Shown piece by piece: positions 1 through 9,646 of a DNA stretch of 64,000 nucleotides (the stretch's first letter is position 1; every line of letters begins with the position of its first letter). Made by a program: the position numbers and the translations under genes. Source of the stretch: Myxococcota bacterium (GTDB lineage Bacteria; Myxococcota_A; UBA796; UBA2385); assembly GCA_044344255.1 (NCBI GenBank), contig JBIJDH010000017.1, positions 22,125 through 86,124 of the forward strand. Reading direction: 5' to 3'. The notes below the pieces were generated by a model. It was not told the origin of the DNA, did not search any database, and saw only the letters and a program-made list of their open reading frames with translations.

Positions 1-1
1 C

Positions 2-751
2 CTCGCGGCCCACCGCATCCGACCCGGCATCCCCTGGGATGAGAATTACCCCCCCGAAGCCACGCTCCCCTTTGAGCTGGCCCGAGCCGACGCCGCCACC
101 GAGCCCGCCCTGCGCCTGCGCCTCCTCCCTCCGCCCGCGGAGATCTGGGTGGACGGGCGGCCCGCCGACACGCGGAGCGAGGAGCTGCTCCTCGGGCCGG
201 GGCGACACTACATCCAGGTGCCGGCGATCGGCTGGTTGCCCCTGGTCGTCGAGCTCCCCCCGCAGCGGGATCGCCCCACCGATGAGCCCCTCCGCCTCTT
301 CCTCCCCGCGCTCGTGGAGGCGGAGACCCTCACCTGGTTCGCCGACGAGCACCGCCGATCCGAGCTCGACGGCCTCCTCCGCGGCGCCGTCGCGCCCGGC
401 ACCCGGCTGGTGATCGACCAGGGGGGGGAGAGCTTCAGCGGCTCCGCCGGCGAGGCCCGGTGGGAGCCGATCCACCTGGAGACACCCCGGCCGGGCCGGG
501 TGTGGCGAGTCGCGGCATGGTCCGGGCTCGCGCTGGCCCTCGACGGCGCCATGCTGGCGGTCGTCGGACAGGCGGGTATGGCCAAGAGCGCGGCGGCGGC
601 CGAGCACAGCGACACCCCCGCCGACTATCGGCAGGCGCGGGGCGCGTTCGACGCCTGGCGCGGCCTCGGCGTGGCGGGGCTGTGGGTGACGGGCGGCGGG
701 GTCCTCCTGTGCGGCGGCGGCGTCATCGGCGACGCGCGGAGGTCGCCGTGA
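2..751 (+). CDS. 5'-truncated hypothetical membrane-associated protein (PEGA-like segment, C-terminal hydrophobic helices)
   Basis: Frame of ORF 149..751 is open back to position 2 (LAAHRIRPGIPWDENYPPE...EIWVDGR). Its TGA overlaps the next GTG (GTGA 748-751). Confidence 0.6.
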   Translation, partial: LAAHRIRPGIPWDENYPPEATLPFELARADAATEPALRLRLLPPPAEIWVDGRPADTRSEELLLGPGRHYIQVPAIGWLPLVVELPPQRDRPTDEPLRLFLPALVEAETLTWFADEHRRSELDGLLRGAVAPGTRLVIDQGGESFSGSAGEARWEPIHLETPRPGRVWRVAAWSGLALALDGAMLAVVGQAGMAKSAAAAEHSDTPADYRQARGAFDAWRGLGVAGLWVTGGGVLLCGGGVIGDARRSP

Positions 752-2601
752 CGGCCACCTCGCGTGTCCCCCTCGCCCTGTGGATGTCGGCGCTGCTCGG
801 GGCCTGCCTCCCCGACTTCCCCGTACGTCGTTTCCCAAGCGATCCCACCGACGACTGGGACGGGGACGGTGAAGACGAGGTGCACGGGGACTGCGACGAC
901 CGAGACCCTGCGATCTCCACCGCCGCCGCCGAGCGCTGTGACGAGGTCGACAATGACTGCGACGACCGCGTCGATGACGCCGATGACGACGTGGAGCCCT
1001 CCACCCAGGTCCTTTGGTTCGCCGACGCGGACGGGGACCACTGGGGTGACAGCAGCCGCGCCGGTCGGAGCTGCGCCCCCCCCTCGATGGCCCTGGTCGC
1101 CGAGGCGGCGGGGGACTGCGACGACACCGACCCCGAGGTGCACCCCGAGGCCGAGGAGCGGTGCGGCAACGGGCTGGACGACGACTGTGACGGTGGTCCC
1201 GGCGACTGCGGCTGGGAGCAGGAGGAGACGCTCGAGAGCGCGACCCTCTCCCTCGTTGGCTCAGAGAGCGGGCAGCTCGTCGGCGATGGACTGGAGTCCC
1301 TCGGTGACATCGACGGAGATGGCCGCAACGACGTGCTGATCGGCGCGGTTGGCGCGAGCGGCGTGGGGGGAGAGGCGGACGCCGGCGGCGTCTGGCTGGT
1401 CACCGGCGCCGAGCTCCAGGCGATGGCCGAGGCGTCGACCGGGGAGGCGGTCGGTGGAGCGCGGCTCCTGGACGAGGCCGCCGGCCTGAGCCTCCGAGGC
1501 ACGGCCGAGAATGGCCTCTTCGGGATCGCGGCCACCCGCACCGACCGCGCGCTCGGCGAACCGGGCTTCGCCGTCGGCGCCCGCTGTGAGTACCCCTGCC
1601 CGCTGGAGGGCGGTCGGGTCTACCTGTTCGGAGGGCTGACGCCGGGCGCCCACACCGCCGAGGAGGCCGAGGTAGAGCTCGCCGCGGCGGCGATCGGCGA
1701 TCTCCTCGGCGTGGTACTGTCCACCCTCGGAGGCGACCTCGTCGCGCCCGCTCCTGGCCACGCGGACGCCGCGGGGCGGGTGTACCTCGTCCGGGAGCCA
1801 CCCTCCGGCACCCACGCCCTCGATCCGCTCCCGGACTGTGTCGTCTCGACCGTCGACGGGGTCACCGAGGGCGACTACTTCGGGGAGGCGCTGTCCGGGC
1901 TCGCCGACCTGGACGGGGACGGCGTGGCCGACCTGGTCGTCGGCGCCCCTGCGGAGCATGTGGGCGGCGAGACCTTGGGCGGCCTTCATGTCTTCCTGGG
2001 GCCGCTGGCCGGCAGCGTTCGGGCCGACGACGCCGACCACATCGTCATCGGCCCGGGGGCCGACAGCCTCTTCGGGCGCAGCTTCTCCGTGGGCGATGAC
2101 CTTGACCAGGACGGCATCCCCGACCTCGTCGTCGCCGCCGAAGAGGCCGCCCCCCACGGGGAGGGCGAGGGGGTGGTCTACCTCCTCGACGGGGGGAGCC
2201 TCGGCACAGGGCCTACGGCGGTCGAGGCCATCACCAGCGGCCGCATCGAGGGCGGCGCTCGCGACCCGGCGGTCGGTCGAAGCGTGGCCACCCTCGACTT
2301 CAACGGTGACGGAGCGCCGGACATCGCCGTGGGCTCCACGCGCTCCGGAGAGGGCCGTGGCGTCGTCGCGACCTTCAACGGGCCCTTCAGCGCTGGCGGC
2401 TGGACCCTGACGACCACCGACGCCGACCAGCGCTTCAGCGGTCTGGAACCCGAGGACCGGCTCGGCCGCTCCATCCTCGGCGCCGGGGACATCAACCTGG
2501 ACGGGCTCGACGACCTCCTCCTCGGTGCCCCCGAAAAGATCGGGGTCACCCCTTCCGGCGCCGGGGCTGTGTACCTCTTCCCGGGAGCCGAGGGGATATG
2601 A
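748..2601 (+). CDS. lipoprotein with 2 DCDD (MopE-like putative metal-binding) repeats and FG-GAP/integrin-alpha beta-propeller repeats
   Basis: Lipobox LLGAC. Repeats DCDDRDPAIS...CDEVDNDCD and DCDDTDPEVHPEAEERCGNGLDDDCDG. FG-GAP motifs GDIDGDGRNDVLIGA, DLDGDGVADLVVGAP, DFNGDGAPDIAVG, GAGAVYLF. Start set at GTG 748. Confidence 0.85.
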   Translation: MTATSRVPLALWMSALLGACLPDFPVRRFPSDPTDDWDGDGEDEVHGDCDDRDPAISTAAAERCDEVDNDCDDRVDDADDDVEPSTQVLWFADADGDHWGDSSRAGRSCAPPSMALVAEAAGDCDDTDPEVHPEAEERCGNGLDDDCDGGPGDCGWEQEETLESATLSLVGSESGQLVGDGLESLGDIDGDGRNDVLIGAVGASGVGGEADAGGVWLVTGAELQAMAEASTGEAVGGARLLDEAAGLSLRGTAENGLFGIAATRTDRALGEPGFAVGARCEYPCPLEGGRVYLFGGLTPGAHTAEEAEVELAAAAIGDLLGVVLSTLGGDLVAPAPGHADAAGRVYLVREPPSGTHALDPLPDCVVSTVDGVTEGDYFGEALSGLADLDGDGVADLVVGAPAEHVGGETLGGLHVFLGPLAGSVRADDADHIVIGPGADSLFGRSFSVGDDLDQDGIPDLVVAAEEAAPHGEGEGVVYLLDGGSLGTGPTAVEAITSGRIEGGARDPAVGRSVATLDFNGDGAPDIAVGSTRSGEGRGVVATFNGPFSAGGWTLTTTDADQRFSGLEPEDRLGRSILGAGDINLDGLDDLLLGAPEKIGVTPSGAGAVYLFPGAEGI

Positions 2602-4349
2602 CCAGACTCACCGCCGAAAGGCCCGCCGGTCTCCAGCAGGCCATCGAGCTCATGGCCGGCCTCCGCGCTTGTGCGGATCGCGCCGCCGCCGCGAGCTGCG
2701 GGCTCGGCGCCGTCGAGGGGGCCCTCCGGTCCGCCCTCCCCGCCGCGGCGCGGATCCGTCGGCTCGTGCTCCACCTCCGCCCGGAGCGGGGCTACACCGG
2801 ACTGTACCTCCGCGAGGCGGGCGCCGCGGAGGCCCGCCTGGCCACGCCGTCCGACGACGCCGCGAGCTCGGCGACCGCCTGGCTCTGGATCGCCCAGACC
2901 GAGCGGTCCGTGCTGTTGGACGTAGAGGCCGACACCGTCTCTCACCCGGACGGCGCCCGACCCGAGGGGGCCGACGCAGGACCGCGCTGGGTGGGCCTCA
3001 CGAGCGCCGCCCTCCGCCGCCGGCGGAGCACTCACACCTTGTCCATCCCCTTGAGACCCCCGCGGGGCAAGCCGATCGGCATGATCGTCTGCGAGGTGGA
3101 CTGGCCGGAGGCGGTCGGTGCGCAGCGCCCCGCCTGGGGAGGGTCGGAGCCCGGAATTCAGCTCCTCGCCGATCTCTTGAGCCCCTTCCTACTGCAGCTC
3201 CCGAGCGGCCCCGACCAGCCCGTGGAGGTCGACCCCCTCCTGCCGGTGGTCGGACGAGCGATGGCGGGCGTGGTGCGCACCCTCTCGGCCTTCTCGCGGT
3301 TCGACGAGACGCTCTTGCTCCGCGGGGCGACCGGGACCGGGAAGTCCCATCTCGCCGCGTGGTGCCACGCCCGCTCGGCGCGCGCGCGCGGGCCCTTCAT
3401 CGTGGCCGATCTGCGGAGCGGCGCCGACGGCCTCGGTGACGCGGCGCTCTTCGGCTGGAAGCGGGGCGCCTTTACGGGCGCGGTCGCAGACTCCCGCGGC
3501 GCTGTGGCCCAGGCGGAAGGAGGGACCCTCTTCATCGACGAGATCGACAAGCTCGACCTCACCGCCCAAGGTCGGTTGCTGCGGCTCCTCGAAGAGCGGC
3601 GCTACCGGGCGATCGGCGAGGAGAGAGAGCGGACCGCCGACGTCCGCTTCATCGTCGGCACGAACGCGGACCTCGAAGGCGCGGTGTCCCAGGGACGCTT
3701 CCTCCGCGACCTGTACTACCGCGTCAACGTCCTTCCCATCGAGGTCCCCTCGCTGTCCGGCCGACGGGACGAGATTCGCCCCTGGGCCCGGCGCATGCTG
3801 CGAATCGCTGGCGAGAGCGGCGCGGTCCTCTCCGCCGCGTTCAACGACGCGGCCGAGGACCTGCTGGAGGCCCAGCCCTGGCCGGGCAACCTGCGCCACC
3901 TTCACAGCGTCGTCGTGCGCGCGCTCGCATTCTGCCTCGCCGACACGACCGATCCCGCACAAGCCGACGCTCCGCCCTGCGAGGTTTCGGAGCGTCATGT
4001 CCGCCGGGCCCTCTCCCTCGACCGCTCGGAGCCGCCGGGCGTCGAGGGCTCGGTGAAGGACGCGCTCGGCACCGTCTCCCGCGCCTTCGTGACCGAGGCC
4101 CAACGACGTCGGCGCGCGCAGGAGCCCTCGCTGGACCTCGACCTGACCGAGGGCCTGCGCGGCCTCGTTCTGCAGGCGGCGCGCGAGCGGATCGGCGAGA
4201 CCCGGGAGGCGTTCAGCCTCTTCGGCCTCGACCAACAACTCCGGGGCGGCAACTACCTCCGGACCTGGCGGCGGGAGGTGGAGCGGAGCGATGAGCTCCT
4301 CGCCGCGCTGGGGATCAGCCGGTCGGCCCCGAGTGAGCGGGGGGACTGA
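2598..4349 (+). CDS. sigma-54-dependent transcriptional activator (bEBP) with GAF-like N-terminus
   Basis: Walker A GATGTGKS, GAFTGA loop, Walker B LFIDEID, DLYYRVNV, WPGNLRHL. ATGA-coupled to the upstream gene. Confidence 0.9.
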   Translation: MTRLTAERPAGLQQAIELMAGLRACADRAAAASCGLGAVEGALRSALPAAARIRRLVLHLRPERGYTGLYLREAGAAEARLATPSDDAASSATAWLWIAQTERSVLLDVEADTVSHPDGARPEGADAGPRWVGLTSAALRRRRSTHTLSIPLRPPRGKPIGMIVCEVDWPEAVGAQRPAWGGSEPGIQLLADLLSPFLLQLPSGPDQPVEVDPLLPVVGRAMAGVVRTLSAFSRFDETLLLRGATGTGKSHLAAWCHARSARARGPFIVADLRSGADGLGDAALFGWKRGAFTGAVADSRGAVAQAEGGTLFIDEIDKLDLTAQGRLLRLLEERRYRAIGEERERTADVRFIVGTNADLEGAVSQGRFLRDLYYRVNVLPIEVPSLSGRRDEIRPWARRMLRIAGESGAVLSAAFNDAAEDLLEAQPWPGNLRHLHSVVVRALAFCLADTTDPAQADAPPCEVSERHVRRALSLDRSEPPGVEGSVKDALGTVSRAFVTEAQRRRRAQEPSLDLDLTEGLRGLVLQAARERIGETREAFSLFGLDQQLRGGNYLRTWRREVERSDELLAALGISRSAPSERGD

Positions 4350-4367
4350 GGGGCGCGCCATGCTCGA

Positions 4368-4394
4368 AGCCGCCGGGTTTTAACGCCGGTGGCT
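4368..4394. terminator. hairpin between convergent genes (possible bidirectional terminator or REP-like element)
   Basis: AGCCGCCGG-gttttaacg-CCGGTGGCT inverted repeat (one G-U pair) between the stops at 4349 and 4394. Confidence 0.4.
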
Positions 4395-5500
4395 CAGGTG
4401 GCCAGGCAGCGGGCCGCGGCCGCGAGCATCTTCGGCCAGAGCGAGGGAGTGCGGAAGAGGGGCGGGCTGTGGAAGCAGTGATGAAAGCAGCCCTCACAGG
4501 TGGGGTGCTGGCCGGTGGAGGCCCGAAAGTGGTCCGCATCGGGCGAGCGCCACAGGCGGCCGAGGTCGAGGTCTACAGCGCGGAGGTCGCCGAGCAGCTC
4601 CTCTCGGGGCTCGCAGCCGCGCAGCACCCCGTGCGGCAAGATGACCGCGGTCTCTCGGCCCGCCGCGCAGGTCACCGGAGAGCGGCCGGTCCGCTGGATC
4701 TGATCGATGAGATCACGCTGCACGAGCTCTTTGACGTCGACGAGCGTGCCGTAGGCGGTCGCGTGGCCGGGGTGGCCGCCGAGCCAGGGGTCATCTCCGC
4801 TGACGACGCGCTCCCACCGCTCCCGGTGCGGGATCTCCAGCGTGCGGGGGTCCTTGGGGCTCCCCCGCACGAGGATCGGCTTGAGCACGTCGATGGGCAG
4901 GTTCGCGCGGGCCCAGCGGGCGGTGGCCTCCGCAGAGGCGTGGTTGAGCCCAGAGACCGTGATCGCGGCGGTGAGGCGGAGCCGCCCGCGCGCCCCCTCA
5001 CGGAGCGCACCCAGGCGCCAGAAGGTGGCTTGGAGCCGCTCGAAGAGGCCCGGCATCCCCCGCAGCCGGTCGTGCTCCTCCCCGAGGCCGTCGAGCGAGA
5101 GCCCGACGGTGAAGGTCTGTTCGGGCATCCGCGCCAGCACATCCTGGATGTGCCTCACGATGCGCTCCGTGTGGTAGCCGTTCATGCAGAAGGTCACGTT
5201 GACCGGACGGGTTCGACGGACCCAGGCCTCGGTCACGTCCGGGAGATCCGGCCGCAGCTCTGGGCTGCCGCCCGTGAGGGTGAGCTGCAAGAGGGGCCCG
5301 AGGCTGTCGGCGACCCGCTCATGCTCCGCCACGCTGAGCTCGTCGCGCACCCGCTGGTTGAGCTCCCGCCAGTAGAAACAGTGCCCGCAGTGTGCGTCAC
5401 AGCGGCTCGTCACGAACATCAAGACGTAGACCGGGCGATGTACGCCCGGCGCGAGCAGCCGGCCCAGGGCCCGCGTCGTATCGAGGGGTCGGCGGATCAT
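4394..5500 (-). CDS. radical SAM protein with SPASM/twitch domain
   Basis: CxxxCxxC (CDAHCGHC), LTGGSP, SLDG. C-terminal CAAG...GCE...CEGCFHHC. ATG 5500 overlaps the stop of the GT2 gene. Confidence 0.9.
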   Translation of the reverse strand: MIRRPLDTTRALGRLLAPGVHRPVYVLMFVTSRCDAHCGHCFYWRELNQRVRDELSVAEHERVADSLGPLLQLTLTGGSPELRPDLPDVTEAWVRRTRPVNVTFCMNGYHTERIVRHIQDVLARMPEQTFTVGLSLDGLGEEHDRLRGMPGLFERLQATFWRLGALREGARGRLRLTAAITVSGLNHASAEATARWARANLPIDVLKPILVRGSPKDPRTLEIPHRERWERVVSGDDPWLGGHPGHATAYGTLVDVKELVQRDLIDQIQRTGRSPVTCAAGRETAVILPHGVLRGCEPREELLGDLRAVDLDLGRLWRSPDADHFRASTGQHPTCEGCFHHCFHSPPLFRTPSLWPKMLAAAARCLAT

Positions 5501-6522
5501 CGGCCGGCCCCGCGGAGGCGCTCGACGCCCATCGAGGCGAGGCCGCCGACCAGCGCGAACCCGCGCACCAGGTCGAGCAGGAACATCGTCGGCGCCGCCG
5601 CGGCACGAAAAGAGAGCGGCTGGCCAGCGAAGGCGCGGGCGAGCTCGGCGCGGCAGATCGCCCACCCGACGAGCGCGCCGCCCGAGCCGAGCAGCGCCGG
5701 CGGGAAGACCGGGCCGAGGAGCGCGGCCCCCAGCGCCGCGCCGCTGAGCCCGACCGCGAGCATGTCGCGCCGGCCGGCGTGTCGAAAGTCGTGGAGACGC
5801 CGACCGCCCCCGAGGATCACCCTCACGGAGGTCACGCCCTTCCGAAGGTCGTTCTCGACGAGGGAGCGGAGGCTGTGCTCCTTTAAATGGCGTCCGACCG
5901 CTCGAGGTTCGGCCATCACGACCGCCGCAGCCGCCCCGAGGCGCTGCCCGAACTCTGTGTCCTCCCCGGCGGCCCCCTTGAAATCCTCCGCGAACCCACC
6001 CACCCGATGAAAGACCTCCGCCCGCACCGCGCCGAGGGCGGTCCAGAACTCGTCGCGCAGGGGGCCGCTCCGGCGGCTGTAGACGTGGGCGAGGTAGAGG
6101 TGCTTGTAGGCCGCGGCGAAGGAGAGGCCCTCCACGTCAATGCCGTAGCGCCCGACCGCCGCGTCGGCCCCGCCCGAGACCGCCTCGACCAGCCAGCGCA
6201 GCGCGTCGGGCGCGACGACCACGTCTGCGTCGACAAAGATGAACAGGTCGACGGGTTCTGCCCCCTTGACCCCGGCGTTCCGCGCCGCGGCCGCCGAGCG
6301 GAGACCAGGCCCCTCGACCACCCGCGATGGGGGGCCTGGCAGCCAGCTGTTCCCACCCTCATCGACCACGACGAGCTCGCCGTCGAGGCCCTCCAGAGCG
6401 AGGAGCAAGGCCTCGACACAGGGCCGCAATGCCTTGCCCGCCCCGGCCGCGGGGACGATCACGCGCACCCGCGCGGGCGTCGCCTTAAGAGCGACCGTCG
6501 AAGCGTCGGCAGACTCTTCCAT
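5497..6522 (-). CDS. GT2-family glycosyltransferase with C-terminal membrane helices
   Basis: VIVPA, VVVD, AAARNAG, FVDAD, GGFAEDF...GEDTEFG. GGAGG RBS upstream of ATG 6522. Confidence 0.85.
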   Translation of the reverse strand: MEESADASTVALKATPARVRVIVPAAGAGKALRPCVEALLLALEGLDGELVVVDEGGNSWLPGPPSRVVEGPGLRSAAAARNAGVKGAEPVDLFIFVDADVVVAPDALRWLVEAVSGGADAAVGRYGIDVEGLSFAAAYKHLYLAHVYSRRSGPLRDEFWTALGAVRAEVFHRVGGFAEDFKGAAGEDTEFGQRLGAAAAVVMAEPRAVGRHLKEHSLRSLVENDLRKGVTSVRVILGGGRRLHDFRHAGRRDMLAVGLSGAALGAALLGPVFPPALLGSGGALVGWAICRAELARAFAGQPLSFRAAAAPTMFLLDLVRGFALVGGLASMGVERLRGAGR

Positions 6523-6547
6523 GCTCACCCTCCACGGCGCACCCGGC

Positions 6548-6564
6548 AGCAATTGTCGTGCCCA
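6548..6564 (-). promoter_or_regulatory. sigma-54 (-24/-12) promoter of the GT2-radical SAM operon
   Basis: Minus strand tgGGCACGACAATTGCt has exact GG-N10-GC spacing and is near the TGGCACG-N4-TTGC consensus, ~26 nt upstream of the GT2 start. Confidence 0.75.
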
Positions 6565-6648
6565 ACCCGAGCGCCCGCGAGGGGCTGCTGGGATCAGCCC
6601 GGCGCCGCCCTCTCCACGTCGGCCGCACCTGGGCGCCCCCGCTCCGAC

Positions 6649-6685
6649 GCATCCCGCGCAGACGCGGCGCATCCGCGGCGGATGC
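6649..6685. promoter_or_regulatory. paired palindromes, putative bEBP upstream activator sequences
   Basis: Perfect GCATCCGC-G-GCGGATGC (6669-6685) plus related GCATCCCGCGCAGACGC (6649-6665). Period is 20 bp, ~110-150 bp upstream of the predicted sigma-54 start site. Confidence 0.5.
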
Positions 6686-6869
6686 TTGGAGCCCGTTGCG
6701 CGGATCCCCCGAGTCCTCCCCCCCTGCCGGTTAGACGACGCGGGTTCGCCCCAGGAGCCTCCCCAATGGTCGCACGCCCTCCCCTCCTGCCGCCCGAGGC
6801 CCGGAAGCGGACCGAGGTGCCGCGCACCCCGCACACGCGCCGCCCGAGGCCCGAGCTCGAGGCGCGCCC

Positions 6870-7766
6870 ATGCGACCGCTGATCCCCTACTGGGAGCACG
6901 ACCCGAGCATCCCGCTCCCCTTCCGGATCCCGGTCCTGGGGGTCGATGCCATCCACCTGTTCGGCCTCCTGCTGGCGGTGGGCTTCCTGGTCGGCGCGCT
7001 CATCGCGATGAACAAGGCGCGGCGAGACGGCCAGAACCCGGACCTCATCAGCGACGCCCTGCTGCTCATCGTGGTGGCCGTGTTTGTCGGTGGCCATTGG
7101 GGCCACCTGCTCTTTTATGAACCGGACCTGATCCGAAAAGATCCGATGGTGCTCTTTCGGGTCACCAGCGGGCTCTCCAGCATGGGGGGGTTTCTCGCCA
7201 CCATCCTGCTCTGCACGCCGTACTTCTGGCGAGAGATACAGAAGGTGGAGCGGACGAACCGGGAACGGGCGCGGAAGGGTGAGAAGCTCCTCACGCCAGT
7301 CAGCTATTGGGGGCTGGTGGACTGCTGCTGCTACGGCTTCACGATCGCGTGGACCCTCGGCCGCCTCGGCTGTTTCGCGGCCCACGACCATCCGGGCACG
7401 GCCACCAACTTCTGGCTCGGTGTGCCCGGAATGAACCCCTCCGTGGGATGCACGAAGGACGTGGCCTGCCATGACCTCGGCCTCTACGAGGCGATCTGGT
7501 CGCTGCTCATGTATTTTGTGTTTCGGGTGCTGGACCGGAAGGCGCGTTTTCCAGGCTTCTTTGCTGCCGTGTGGTTGATTTCATACGGGATCACCCGCGT
7601 CGTGCTCGATGTCTTTCGGAACCCCGACCTCGACACCCGATACTTCGGCCTCACCCCCGCCCAGTACGGCTCGATGATCATGTTCGGGATGGGTGCGGCG
7701 ATCTATTGGACCCGTCGCAAAGGCACGCCCCTGCGAGACCTCCAGGCTCGCGAATCACAGCCTTAA
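6870..7766 (+). CDS. lgt: prolipoprotein diacylglyceryl transferase
   Basis: Multi-TM protein with [49 protein letters not shown]. Confidence 0.85.
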   Translation: MRPLIPYWEHDPSIPLPFRIPVLGVDAIHLFGLLLAVGFLVGALIAMNKARRDGQNPDLISDALLLIVVAVFVGGHWGHLLFYEPDLIRKDPMVLFRVTSGLSSMGGFLATILLCTPYFWREIQKVERTNRERARKGEKLLTPVSYWGLVDCCCYGFTIAWTLGRLGCFAAHDHPGTATNFWLGVPGMNPSVGCTKDVACHDLGLYEAIWSLLMYFVFRVLDRKARFPGFFAAVWLISYGITRVVLDVFRNPDLDTRYFGLTPAQYGSMIMFGMGAAIYWTRRKGTPLRDLQARESQP

Positions 7767-7833
7767 GCTGAGGGGGATCGGCCCTGTCGCCGAGGGCCGC
7801 GTCCAGATCGAAGGGGAGGCGGCGCGCTCCAAA

Positions 7834-8709
7834 CTAGGCCCCCGGCCGCTCACCCTCGGTGCCGAAGCGCCCCTGCGCGTCCCGGGTGACACGCGCGCTG
7901 CCGACCTCCGGGTCATGGGTGAAGAAGAGCCGCCCGCCGCGGGCGACGAGGCCCTCGAGCAGCGCCGTCTTCTCGTCAATGAGGAGCTCGGGGAAGCGGT
8001 CGTAGCCCATCGTGATCGCCCGGTTGACCCAAGCCTTGCCGGGGATGAGGTCGGCGGCGAAGACCAGGGGGCCCTCTGCGGTGTCGAGCTCGGTGAGCAG
8101 CAGGCCGGGCGTGTGGCCGTGGGAGACGTGGAAGCGCCAGGCGGGCCCGAGGGTGGGGCTGTGGTCGATGATGCGCTCGAGGCGGCCGCTGGCGGCGAGG
8201 AGCGCGTGCAGCGCCGGGATGAAGCTCTGGCGGTCGCGGCTGTGGGGCGCCAGGGCCCGCGCCCAGGCCGCCTCGCTGACAACGTAGGTGGCGCGCGGGA
8301 AGATGATGCGCGGCGCCTCGCCCTCGGCCCAGGCGGAGAGCAGGCCGCCGGCGTGGTCGAAGTGGAGGTGGGAGAGCACGACGACGTCGATGTCGGCGTC
8401 AGTGAGGCCGAGCGCGGCGAGGCGGTCGAGCAGCACGTGGCCAGCCTCCACCACGCCGAAGCGCTCGCGCAGCGCGGGCTCGAAGAAGGCGCCGATGCCG
8501 GCCTCGAGCAGCACCCTGCGGACGCCGCCGTCGGGGAGCGGCTCTTCGATGAGCAGGCAGCGGCAAGCGAGCGGGATGCGGTGGAGGGCGTCGGGCGCGA
8601 TCCAGCGCGACCAGAGGGCGCGGGGGGCATTGCCAAACATGGCGCCGCCATCGAGCTTCTGGCTGTTTCCGAGGAGGGCGGTCAGGCGGAGCGGCGCAGG
8701 ATGGGGCAT
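7834..8709 (-). CDS. MBL-fold metallo-hydrolase (YtnP-like)
   Basis: [38 protein letters not shown]. Confidence 0.9.
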   Translation of the reverse strand: MPHPAPLRLTALLGNSQKLDGGAMFGNAPRALWSRWIAPDALHRIPLACRCLLIEEPLPDGGVRRVLLEAGIGAFFEPALRERFGVVEAGHVLLDRLAALGLTDADIDVVVLSHLHFDHAGGLLSAWAEGEAPRIIFPRATYVVSEAAWARALAPHSRDRQSFIPALHALLAASGRLERIIDHSPTLGPAWRFHVSHGHTPGLLLTELDTAEGPLVFAADLIPGKAWVNRAITMGYDRFPELLIDEKTALLEGLVARGGRLFFTHDPEVGSARVTRDAQGRFGTEGERPGA

Positions 8710-8777
8710 GAGGCGGTGGGCCTTTGAGGGGTGCTGCGTCCGGGGGGGCGCGGTCGGGCGCGGTCCGGGGGGGGACC

Positions 8778-9608
8778 TCAGGGGGCGGGCTGACCCGGAC
8801 GACGCCCGACGCCCTCGGTGCGGCAAGTGTGGACGGTGTCGGTTGGCGGCGGCGTGAGGGCGGCGAGGCCCCAGGCGCGGCCGTCGTAGCGGAGCTCGAC
8901 GCGGCTCGGGCCATCGACCCAGGTGGCGGTGTCGCCGGACCAGGTGAAGCCGCGATCGACCAGGGCGCAGAGGGCGAAGCTGTTCGTGCCCTCGGGGACG
9001 TTCTTGCCGCCCGCCCAGCCCGCGCGGAAGCGCAGGATGGCCACGAGCGGATCCTCAGAGCCGCCCGGGTGGCCGGCGGCGCGGACCGTGCCCAGGGGGA
9101 GCCAGCCCTCCGCGCCCTCGGCGGCGCCCGTACAGCCGGCGCAGCGCACCCGCATCCGCGCCTCGAGCACCTGCACGACGTCGACCCGCACGCCCTCATA
9201 AGCGAGCACGGCGAGGTTCGTGCCCCCCGGGCCGACGAGGGTGAGCGGCACCTCGGTGGTCCAGGCGGTGAAGGGCGGAGCGGGGAGCTCGGCGGTTGGG
9301 GTGGCCTCGACCTTGGGCGAAGATCGAGGCGGCGCGCCCACCGCCGAGGGATCGGCGGGGCCCTGACCCGAGGCCTCTCCCGGCGGGATGGGCTCCCCGC
9401 CGGTCGACGGCTCCGGCGGCGGCGCGGAGGGGGCCGACGGCGGCGGCGCGGGGGTGGCCGCAGGCAGGGCCTCGGCGGCGGGGCCGGAGGGCTCTGGAGG
9501 CGGGAGATCGGCGATCTCCGGCGCAGAGCAGGCCGCCGACCAGAGACAGAGGCCGAGCGACCAGAGGGCGCGCGGCGACCAGAGCGGGGGGGATGAAGGG
9601 GTGATCAC
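8778..9608 (-). CDS. hypothetical lipoprotein: Pro-rich linker plus possible SH3-like domain
   Basis: Lipobox WSAAC, Pro/Ala-rich linker, then [18 protein letters not shown]...EGWLPLGTV. Confidence 0.55.
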   Translation of the reverse strand: MITPSSPPLWSPRALWSLGLCLWSAACSAPEIADLPPPEPSGPAAEALPAATPAPPPSAPSAPPPEPSTGGEPIPPGEASGQGPADPSAVGAPPRSSPKVEATPTAELPAPPFTAWTTEVPLTLVGPGGTNLAVLAYEGVRVDVVQVLEARMRVRCAGCTGAAEGAEGWLPLGTVRAAGHPGGSEDPLVAILRFRAGWAGGKNVPEGTNSFALCALVDRGFTWSGDTATWVDGPSRVELRYDGRAWGLAALTPPPTDTVHTCRTEGVGRRPGQPAP

Positions 9609-9646
9609 GGGATACCGATAACGAGCTCTTCGCCGGGAGGCTGGAC

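Noticed and set aside
460-747. extended N-termini in the ORF track (e.g. starts at 460, 5665, 6834, 10155, 30469, 31470, 42924)
   Set aside because: They overlap neighbouring genes. Downstream starts with an RBS or stop/start coupling fit better.
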